This document shows, piece by piece, positions 1 through 7,307 of a stretch of 64,000 nucleotides of DNA. Location of the stretch: the NCBI GenBank assembly GCA_033762115.1, contig JANRLX010000107.1, positions 10,662 to 74,661 on the forward strand. Direction: 5' to 3'. Position 1 is the stretch's first letter. Each line of letters opens with the position of its first letter. Source of the stretch: Verrucomicrobiota bacterium. GTDB taxonomy: Bacteria; Verrucomicrobiota; Verrucomicrobiia; Limisphaerales; SXQI01. The notes beneath the pieces are model-generated. The model made no database searches, was not told the origin of the DNA, and worked only from the letters and a program-made list of their open reading frames with translations. The translations under genes and the position numbers were made by a program.

Positions 1-211
1 CCTGATCGTTGCCGAAGTCGTTGGCTCCACCTCCGGCATCACCTATTTCATAAACCAGCAAGCGCGCTATCGAAATTTCGACAATGTCTACGCAGCGATT
101 GGAATGATTGGGCTGATTGGTTTTGGCTCTGATCTTCTTCTGGCCTGGTTGGGCAAATTTATTTTTCCGTGGAAACGTCGCAGTTCTTCAGCCCAGTCCA
201 GCACAACATGA
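1..211 (+). CDS. ABC transporter permease, SsuC/TauC/NrtB-like (3' part only)
   Basis: My translation of frame 2: LIVAEVVGSTSGITYFINQQARYRNFDNVYAAIGMIGLIGFGSDLLLAWLGKFIFPWKRR...*; TGA overlaps the next ATG (ATGA at 208-211). Confidence 0.8.
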   Translation, partial: LIVAEVVGSTSGITYFINQQARYRNFDNVYAAIGMIGLIGFGSDLLLAWLGKFIFPWKRRSSSAQSSTT

Positions 212-1101
212 GTCAAACTGTACCATTCGCGATTCAACCTGCTGGAGTTGTCGCACATCGATTCGCTGCTATTCGCCAACGTCCAGTCATTCTTACTGTT
301 CGCGATCTCGAAAAAAATTATCACGCCGGTGATCAACACCGCACCGTTTTTTCAGGTGTGAACCTCCAGGTGCATCGCCGCGAATTTATTACTGTCATTG
401 GTCCGTCAGGATGCGGTAAATCAACCCTGATTCGCATCGTGGCCGGATTGGATGAGCCGTCCGGGGGAGAGATTCTATTGGAAAACCAACCGATCATTGG
501 TCCCGGACCCGACCGGGGCATGGTTTTTCAAGGCTACACTTTGTTTCCCTGGCTAACAGTCAAACGGAATGTGATGTTCGGCCTGGAAATAGCCCAGCGT
601 AGCAGCACCGCCGCGGAGGAAGAGGCACGCAGTTGGCTCGCGATGGTTGGCCTGGAAAAATTCGAGAACTCCTATCCCCACGAACTTTCGGGCGGCATGA
701 AACAGCGCGTTGCTATCGCCCGTGCCCTTGCCAATTCACCGCGCATACTCATCATGGATGAGCCGTTCGGTGCGCTTGACGCTCAAACTCGCGCCCAAAT
801 GCAAAGTTACCTGTTGCAAATCTGGCGCAAGGTGGATGTTACCATCCTCTTCATCACCCATGATCTGGACGAAGCGATTTATCTGTCTGACCGCATTGTG
901 GTGATGGGCACCAATCCGGGACGAATCATCGAAATTATCGAAAACCCGGTGCCCCGGCCTCGTAACGTGCAGCAATTTTTTTCCCCTGAATTCCGGGCTT
1001 TAAAAGAACATCTTGAATTGATCATTCATCCCTGTGTGGCAGCGACCGAAGAAAGACTTCCTTTGGCTCGGCTCGCCCATGCCGGGGACGACGTTGAGTA
1101 A
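208..1101 (+). CDS. ABC transporter ATP-binding protein, nitrate/sulfonate/taurine family
   Basis: Walker A GPSGCGKST, LSGGMKQR signature, ILIMDEPFGALD, FITHD; start taken at the ATG coupled to the permease stop. Confidence 0.92.
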   Translation: MSQTVPFAIQPAGVVAHRFAAIRQRPVILTVRDLEKNYHAGDQHRTVFSGVNLQVHRREFITVIGPSGCGKSTLIRIVAGLDEPSGGEILLENQPIIGPGPDRGMVFQGYTLFPWLTVKRNVMFGLEIAQRSSTAAEEEARSWLAMVGLEKFENSYPHELSGGMKQRVAIARALANSPRILIMDEPFGALDAQTRAQMQSYLLQIWRKVDVTILFITHDLDEAIYLSDRIVVMGTNPGRIIEIIENPVPRPRNVQQFFSPEFRALKEHLELIIHPCVAATEERLPLARLAHAGDDVE

Positions 1102-1169
1102 AGCTCCTAAAAAAGGCGGAAGCACGTGTGAAACTGAAAGTGCTGTCCTGAAACCGCCAATACAATCTG

Positions 1170-1712
1170 TCAACGGGCTGGCGCCTCGGTGAGATCCTTG
1201 AGTTTTGCGGAAAATTGTTCGTAGGAAAAACGGTCGCCGTTACTTTTGCCAATATAGCGGAATACCTCTTTTCCCTCTCCATTCAAAAGCACCAATGCTG
1301 GGAAATGCACCGTCTGCCCATGAAATTTATAGCCGTCAGGAATATTGAACTCCTTTGCCAGCTTCGCGTCGGGATCCCGGTAGATGTTCAATTTCGGCAA
1401 ATCATCTCCCAGTTTGCCAGCCCATTGGCTGATCTCCGCCTCTGTATCCGGCTTAAGAAATATATGGATGACACGTGAATCGCCTGCAGTTTTTTGTGCA
1501 TAATCCTGCGTGTGGCGGATGCAGTAAGGGCACTCGGTTTTCAGCAGGAAGTGTAGAGCCACGAACTTCCCTTTCGCCTCGGAGAGCTTGAAGACGTTCG
1601 TTCCTGTAGCACTCTGAACTAAGAACTCTTTTGGATTGGCAAAACCAGGCCGTGCGCCAGCCAGCATTAACAGAATCAGGCCGAGTTTTGCAAAACGTGA
1701 AAAATTGATCAT
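1170..1712 (-). CDS. exported AhpC/TSA-like redoxin (thioredoxin fold, CPYC)
   Basis: Signal peptide MINFSRFAKLGLILLMLAGARPGFA; ECPYC motif; YRDPDAKLAKEF and HFPALVLL segments typical of the redoxin fold. Confidence 0.75.
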   Translation of the reverse strand: MINFSRFAKLGLILLMLAGARPGFANPKEFLVQSATGTNVFKLSEAKGKFVALHFLLKTECPYCIRHTQDYAQKTAGDSRVIHIFLKPDTEAEISQWAGKLGDDLPKLNIYRDPDAKLAKEFNIPDGYKFHGQTVHFPALVLLNGEGKEVFRYIGKSNGDRFSYEQFSAKLKDLTEAPAR

Positions 1713-1735
1713 AAAATTGTCCGTTGTTGTGAGTG

Positions 1736-1762
1736 AGTCGCTGATGATTACCAAAACTTACA
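1736..1762 (-). promoter_or_regulatory. putative ECF promoter TGTAAG-N16-CGACT for the redoxin gene
   Basis: Same motif and spacing as 3270-3296; preceded by a T7 tract. Confidence 0.7.
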
Positions 1763-1772
1763 CAAAAAAATT

Positions 1773-2075
1773 TTACTTTTCGGACTTTAACCGCTCCTTG
1801 ATACGTTGCCTGGCTTCAGGTGGAAACGCTTGGCGTGAAGGGGCTTCATCATGCGTCTTGTCTTTGTGAGCCACTGAACGAATAAAAACGATCTGCTTTC
1901 CATACCGGCGACACCATCGGCATAACGCCAGATGGATGCGCAATCCCAGGAACTTCCGCGCGGGCAGCGAGGTATCCAACGCTTGTGACTGCAATCGCGT
2001 AGCCTCCCGGCAACCGGGCGAAATCTCCGATGCCCATTCCGCAAGGGACTTCAGCATTCTGGCGAACAGATTCAT
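1773..2075 (-). CDS. zf-HC2 zinc-binding anti-sigma factor (copy 2)
   Basis: GCREATRLQSQALD...HLALCRWCRRY (C...HxxxCxxC); downstream of an ECF sigma. Confidence 0.8.
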   Translation of the reverse strand: MNLFARMLKSLAEWASEISPGCREATRLQSQALDTSLPARKFLGLRIHLALCRWCRRYGKQIVFIRSVAHKDKTHDEAPSRQAFPPEARQRIKERLKSEK

Positions 2076-2135
2076 GGCTTCTTGGCGGAGGTGAACACAT
2101 TCTCCCTGGGTTAGTCGCATTCCCTGGCCCCGACC

Positions 2136-2450
2136 TTACATCACAGTCGCCAGGTTTTTTCGTACCTCGGCTTTCATCCGGCTTTTCGCCTCGAAACTCA
2201 GCACCCGTTCCGGCATTCCTTCCGGCAGCATCTCCACTCTGGCCGCGTGTTCATGCAAAAAATTGACCTGCTTGAAATACCGCCGACACCACGCGCAAAT
2301 CACAAAATGCAACCGCATTTTGAGCCGCATTCTAAGCGAGCACTTTTTCTCCAATGTCTGCGACGTGAGTCGAGCCATCTCCACGCATGTCGGCGTGTGA
2401 TTCCAGACCCAGAACACGAAACGCGTTTTGAAAGAGGCAATGAAACTCAT
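2136..2450 (-). CDS. zf-HC2 zinc-binding anti-sigma factor (copy 1)
   Basis: TCVEMARLTSQTLE...HFVICAWCRRY; start overlaps the sigma stop codon. Confidence 0.82.
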   Translation of the reverse strand: MSFIASFKTRFVFWVWNHTPTCVEMARLTSQTLEKKCSLRMRLKMRLHFVICAWCRRYFKQVNFLHEHAARVEMLPEGMPERVLSFEAKSRMKAEVRKNLATVM

Positions 2451-3067
2451 TTCGTTCCCTCCTTGTTGCCGAACCAGTTGGTTTCCAGGCAACGCCGCAA
2501 CGCCATGCGCGCACGATGCAGCATCACCCACAAATTGTTCTCCGAGATGTTCAGTATCGCGCAGATTTCCTTGCTTTCAATGCCATCCACCTCGCGCAGG
2601 GTGAACACTGTCGCGATATTTTTTGGCAGTTTGTTCGTGCAATCGCGATACGTCCGCCAGAACATCTCATTGTCAAGGCTCGCGCCCGGACTGTCCCATT
2701 CCTGCGGGCCAGCTTCATGAATCCAGGCGTCCTTGAACATCCCGTCCGGAACGAACCGGTCGCTTTCCTCCTCCTTGTAAAACTCCAGATCGGTGAACGC
2801 AGTCTCGCGGGCTGTCTTGCGGTAATGATCGAAAATTTTGTTTTTCAAAATGCCGACCAACCAACTCTTTTCCGCGCTGCGACCTTGAAAATTCTTACCC
2901 CCTTTAAGCGCTGCGAGAAACGTCTCCTGCACGACATCCTCAGCTTTGAGCGGGTCGCGCAAACGTGACAACGCATACTTGAATAGATAATCGCCGTGAT
3001 CATCCACCCAACGTTCAGGATCGGATAGCTCGGCAGCAGGTGTGGGATGTGCGATTTCTTCAGGCAT
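2447..3067 (-). CDS. ECF RNA polymerase sigma-70 factor (TIGR02943-like)
   Basis: Region 2 AEDVVQETFLAAL / SWLVGILKNKIFD; region 4 EICAILNISENNLWVMLHRARMALRRCLE. Confidence 0.93.
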   Translation of the reverse strand: MPEEIAHPTPAAELSDPERWVDDHGDYLFKYALSRLRDPLKAEDVVQETFLAALKGGKNFQGRSAEKSWLVGILKNKIFDHYRKTARETAFTDLEFYKEEESDRFVPDGMFKDAWIHEAGPQEWDSPGASLDNEMFWRTYRDCTNKLPKNIATVFTLREVDGIESKEICAILNISENNLWVMLHRARMALRRCLETNWFGNKEGTK

Positions 3068-3097
3068 CTTGCTTCGGGCGAGAACAGAATGCCAAGT

Positions 3098-3123
3098 TGT
3101 CGCCAGTGATGCAAAATTCTTAT
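3098..3123 (-). promoter_or_regulatory. putative autoregulatory ECF promoter ATAAG-N16-CGACA
   Basis: Variant of the shared motif, 30 nt upstream of the sigma start, identical 16-nt spacer. Confidence 0.55.
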
Positions 3124-3269
3124 TTTGCCAGAAATACCGCTCCCCACGCCCCCCTCCGCCGCAGAAATACCCACCTGACGGTTAAGCATCATTCTTCAAT
3201 AAGAATATTAATTAATTATTGTGGCGTATCGTGACCTCACAGCGGTTCTCCACATGCCGACAATTTTTT

Positions 3270-3296
3270 TGTAAGGACTTTTCAACCCGCGCGACT
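3270..3296 (+). promoter_or_regulatory. putative ECF promoter TGTAAG-N16-CGACT for the YHS operon
   Basis: tttttttGTAAG gacttttcaacccgcg CGACT, ending 9 nt before ATG 3306. Confidence 0.7.
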
Positions 3297-3305
3297 TACC
3301 CGCGT

Positions 3306-3758
3306 ATGAAACGATTGTTTACACTAGCACTCCTGCTGACGGCCACGCTACCCGTGTTCGCCCAGGGCAAGTCATTACTCAACCTCGATAAATCGGGCAT
3401 CGCAATCCAGGGCTACGATCCCGTTGCGTTCTTTACCGACAACAAACCAATAAAAGGCGATGCCAGGTTCCCGTTCCGATATAACGGGGCAACCTATTGG
3501 TTCGCTTCCAGGGAAAATCGTGACCTGTTCAAGGCCGACTCGGCAAAGTATGAGCCGCTGTTCGGTGGTTATTGCGCCTTCGGTGTCTCGAAGGGCAAAC
3601 TTGTGGAGATCGATGTAGACGCGTTCCAGATCGTTGATGGAAAACTTCTGCTGCAATACAGCAAGGGTGTCCGCGGCGATTTCAACAAGGACACCCAGGG
3701 CAACCTCGCCAGGGCCACGGCCAACTGGCCAGCGCTTGTGGAGAAAAAAGGAAAATGA
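3306..3758 (+). CDS. exported YHS-domain (seleno)protein family member, Cys form
   Basis: Signal peptide; AIQGYDPVAFF, YWFASRENRDLF, YEPLFGGYCAFGV, FQIVDGKLLL. Confidence 0.85.
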   Translation: MKRLFTLALLLTATLPVFAQGKSLLNLDKSGIAIQGYDPVAFFTDNKPIKGDARFPFRYNGATYWFASRENRDLFKADSAKYEPLFGGYCAFGVSKGKLVEIDVDAFQIVDGKLLLQYSKGVRGDFNKDTQGNLARATANWPALVEKKGK

Positions 3759-4207
3759 AAGCGAACTCTCACACCGATTGTGGCTGCGTCCTGACGCCGC
3801 GTAAAAAGGAACAATTCCCCACGAAGGTGCTCGTTACCAGTTGGATCTGCCGCATCGTTGCGGCGTTGATTCTGCTCCAGACGCTCTACTTCAAATTTAC
3901 TGGTGCGCCGGAATCCATCTACATCTTCACGAAAGTTGGACTCGAGCCGTGGGGGCGCTATGGGAGCGGCGTGGCTGAATTGTTTGCCGCAGTGTTGCTG
4001 CTTTTGCCCCGGACTGCATGGCTCGGCGCCTTGCTAGCGGCGGGCGTGATGGCAGGTGCGGTTGGCAGCCACCTCACCAAACTTGGCATTGTGGTGCAGA
4101 ATGATGGTGGATTGCTCTTCGCGCTGGCGATGATTGTGTTGACGACTTCACTTGCCACCGCCTACGTTCACCGTCATCAGATCCCTTTGATCGGGGATAG
4201 GCTGTGA
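3755..4207 (+). CDS. DoxX family membrane protein
   Basis: ILLQTLYFKFTGAPESIYIF...EPWGRYGSGVAEL...GAVGSHLTKLGI; several TM helices. Confidence 0.85.
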   Translation: MKANSHTDCGCVLTPRKKEQFPTKVLVTSWICRIVAALILLQTLYFKFTGAPESIYIFTKVGLEPWGRYGSGVAELFAAVLLLLPRTAWLGALLAAGVMAGAVGSHLTKLGIVVQNDGGLLFALAMIVLTTSLATAYVHRHQIPLIGDRL

Positions 4208-4761
4208 ACTTGCTTTCCGCCATGAAAAACGACAACCGTGAATCCCTGGAACTCATTCAAGCCGTCCTCGAAACGCTGAGCCAGGGCGAAGCGCTGCTCG
4301 GCCAGATCAGTGACGAAACCTACGTGCGCAAATTGCCCGTCGCCTTCAACGCCTCAGTGGGGGGCCATTACCGCCATTGCCTTGACCATTTCCGCAGCCT
4401 GCTCGCATCCGCGGCAGCGGGCGATTTGGATTATGACCAGCGCGAACGCGGCACATGGATCGAGAACGACCGCTTCGCGGCACTCAATGCCACTCGCGAG
4501 TTGCGTCGCGGCTACGAGGAACTCGACACCGGACTGCTCTCGCGCCCTCTGGCTGTAAAGGGCAAAACGAGTTACGCCGCGAGCGGTTCGCAGATCTCCC
4601 CATCGACCGTGGGCCGCGAGACCATGTATGCCGTTGCGCATGCGGTGCATCATTATGCGCTCATCGGCATCATGGCCGGGTTGATGGGCGTGCCGCTGCC
4701 TGCCGGTTTCGGCGTCGCTCCGAGCACGATCAGGTATCAGGAGGAAATCGCCAAAGCCTGA
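4204..4761 (+). CDS. DinB/YfiT-like four-helix metalloprotein
   Basis: SVGGHYRHCLDHF, DYDQRERG, HAVHHYALI, FGVAPST. Confidence 0.82.
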   Translation: MNLLSAMKNDNRESLELIQAVLETLSQGEALLGQISDETYVRKLPVAFNASVGGHYRHCLDHFRSLLASAAAGDLDYDQRERGTWIENDRFAALNATRELRRGYEELDTGLLSRPLAVKGKTSYAASGSQISPSTVGRETMYAVAHAVHHYALIGIMAGLMGVPLPAGFGVAPSTIRYQEEIAKA

Positions 4762-4819
4762 TCTTCTCTCATCCTTCCAAACCAAAGCAGCAATCACGGG
4801 CGACAATGGAAAAATCGAG

Positions 4820-6451
4820 ATGAGCGAAGCGGTGCCTTTAACATCGCCCGCAGAATGGATGCCCTTCGCGACGGCATTTGGGTTTTTTCTGGCCACGTTT
4901 ATCCTCGAAGATGTCGCGGCAGTGGGTGCGGGGCTGCTTCTTGCCACGGGACAAATCTCCTGGCCTGCAGCGTTCCTTGCCTGTTTTCTTGGCATCTGGA
5001 TGGGAGATGCAGGACTTTATGCGCTTGCCCGCTGGGCTGGACGCGGCTGGTTTGAACGATCCTCGCTTAAAAAGTTTTCCCGAAAGGTTGCTGAGAGCGA
5101 ACGTTGGTTCGACGAACGTGGCACCGTGATTCTTGTTTTCAGCCGGATGATTCCCGGCGCACGGTTGCCAACTTATCTGGCCGCAGGTTTTTTACGCCTG
5201 CCCCTGCCACGATTCCTGCTTGTGACTGGAATTGCATCCTGTGTGTGGACGCTCATTGTACTTTCACTCGCGCAAACGTTCGGCAACCAGCTCAGCATAT
5301 GGCTTGGACAATACAAACATGGCGGATTCATCCTCTGCGGTATTGCAGTGGCGTTGTTTGTGGTGTTGCAGCTGGCGCGACGTAAAATGAGAAGCGTTGA
5401 AGTTCGCCACATCCGGGCACGCATTGCCCGCTGGACGCAGTGGGAATTCTGGCCAGCATGGTTGTTCTATCCGCCAGTGGCGCTCTATTGCCTCTGGCTG
5501 GCCATCAGGTATCGCGGACTGACCCTGCCAACGGCGGCAAACCCAGGTATTTTTTCCGGAGGAATCGTCGGCGAATCCAAACACCAGATGCTTAAGCAAC
5601 TGTTCCTGACCAGCCCTGAGTTCACCGCTGAAGCCAGGTTCATTGCGGTTGGAAGGGCAGGGGAACGAATGCGCCAGCTTGAGCCAATGCTCCTTCAGCC
5701 GTTCATCCTCAAACCGGACATGGGCCAGCGCGGCGTCGGCATCAAATTAATCCGCACTCATCAGCAGGCAGAAGAATATCTTCGGCAAACCGATGCCCCC
5801 CTGGTGGCACAACGCTACGCGCCCGGACCGCATGAGGCCGGAATTTTTTATTATCGCTTCCCGAATGAAACCCACGGTCGGATTTTCGCCATTACGGAGA
5901 AGATTTTTCCAAAAATCATCGGTGATGGACGAAGCACAATCGCCGAGCTAATTGAACTCGATCCGCGCGCTTCCATCATCGCTGAGAAATACCTCGCTCG
6001 CTTTGCCGCACGTCACGATGAAGTGCTTGCACTCGGCGAAGAACTGAAACTGGTCGAAGCTGGCAATCATGCCCAGGGGTGCATTTTTCGTGATGGGATG
6101 CGCCTTTGGACCACGGAACTGGAGGCGCGTATCGACGAAATTTCGCGCAAGCTCGATGGCTTTTTCATCGGGCGCTACGACATCCGGTTTACCAGCGAGG
6201 ATGATCTTTGCGCCGGAAGGAATTTCCTCATTATTGAACTCAACGGCGCTGCATCTGAAGCCACGAGCATTTATGATGCTCGCAATTCACTCTGGTCGGC
6301 CTACCGCACTCTCTTCAGGCAATGGGGCACAGTCTTTGCCATTGGTTCCGCCAACCGCCTGCGCGGCGTCACGCCCATGAAAGTGGCGGAGGTCTGGCGG
6401 GCCTGGCGGGATTACACAAAACTATCTGCGAGCTATCCGTCAGCCGACTGA
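4820..6451 (+). CDS. DedA/VTT membrane domain fused to an ATP-grasp ligase domain
   Basis: N-term LATFILED...GIWMGDAGLY...SRMIPGARLP (DedA); C-term ILKPDMGQRGVG, IGDGRSTIAELI, GRYDIRF, IIELNG (ATP-grasp). Confidence 0.85.
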   Translation: MSEAVPLTSPAEWMPFATAFGFFLATFILEDVAAVGAGLLLATGQISWPAAFLACFLGIWMGDAGLYALARWAGRGWFERSSLKKFSRKVAESERWFDERGTVILVFSRMIPGARLPTYLAAGFLRLPLPRFLLVTGIASCVWTLIVLSLAQTFGNQLSIWLGQYKHGGFILCGIAVALFVVLQLARRKMRSVEVRHIRARIARWTQWEFWPAWLFYPPVALYCLWLAIRYRGLTLPTAANPGIFSGGIVGESKHQMLKQLFLTSPEFTAEARFIAVGRAGERMRQLEPMLLQPFILKPDMGQRGVGIKLIRTHQQAEEYLRQTDAPLVAQRYAPGPHEAGIFYYRFPNETHGRIFAITEKIFPKIIGDGRSTIAELIELDPRASIIAEKYLARFAARHDEVLALGEELKLVEAGNHAQGCIFRDGMRLWTTELEARIDEISRKLDGFFIGRYDIRFTSEDDLCAGRNFLIIELNGAASEATSIYDARNSLWSAYRTLFRQWGTVFAIGSANRLRGVTPMKVAEVWRAWRDYTKLSASYPSAD

Positions 6452-6452
6452 C

Positions 6453-7181
6453 ATGTGCACCGTGACCTTCATCGCACGCAAGCGCGGTTACGCCCTTGGC
6501 ATGAACCGTGATGAAAAATTGTCACGCCTCACCGGGCGACCTCCGAACAAAAAAATCCTGGACGGTCACGTCATCATTTCACCCTCCGAACCCGGAGGTG
6601 GAACCTGGATTGCCTTGAATGACTGTAGAGTGAGCTACGCGCTTATCAACTGGTACTCCATCACCACGCGCGTTGTCGATAATGCGGTTAGTCGGGGTGA
6701 AGTGGTCAATTCAGTCAGCGCCGCTATTTCACCCGACGTTGCTGATATTGCCCTTCAAAGGTTGCCGCTTTACCGGATCAACCCTTTCCGCCTTGTGGGA
6801 ATTTTTCCGGCCACCAGCGAAATCGTTGAATGGCGCTGGAACTTGCAAAAACTGATTCGAAAAGTTCATCATTGGAACACTCAGCAATGGATTTCATCAG
6901 GCTTCAATGAACGGACTGCGCAACGCGTGCGTGGCAAAACATTTCAGCAAGCGCTTGATCAACGCTCTGCAGGCGGCATGGACTGGCTGCGCCGATTGCA
7001 TCGTTCTCATCTTCCGCAAAGCGGCCCTTTTTCGACTTGCATGCACCGAGCGGATGCCGCAACTGTCAGCTACACCGAAATTATTGTTTTACCTCGCACA
7101 GCCACAATGCGCTACCACGCAGGACCGCCATGCGCTGCAAAACAAGCCCACGCCGAGATCTTCAATTCCCTCCTCCAGTAG
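6453..7181 (+). CDS. NRDE/TANGO2 family protein (Ntn-hydrolase-like)
   Basis: Starts MCTVTF; NRDE motif; GGTWI; SRG; TVSYT. Confidence 0.88.
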   Translation: MCTVTFIARKRGYALGMNRDEKLSRLTGRPPNKKILDGHVIISPSEPGGGTWIALNDCRVSYALINWYSITTRVVDNAVSRGEVVNSVSAAISPDVADIALQRLPLYRINPFRLVGIFPATSEIVEWRWNLQKLIRKVHHWNTQQWISSGFNERTAQRVRGKTFQQALDQRSAGGMDWLRRLHRSHLPQSGPFSTCMHRADAATVSYTEIIVLPRTATMRYHAGPPCAAKQAHAEIFNSLLQ

Positions 7182-7307
7182 TCCACAGAGTGGAGCATTG
7201 AAAACGTTTTGCTCCGAAAGGCCTTGAGTGCATCTCTTGCTCAGGGGAACCCGGATGGACGCTCCCTTGAAATTTTTGAATAATAGCTGGATTGTCGTTT
7301 CTGATTA

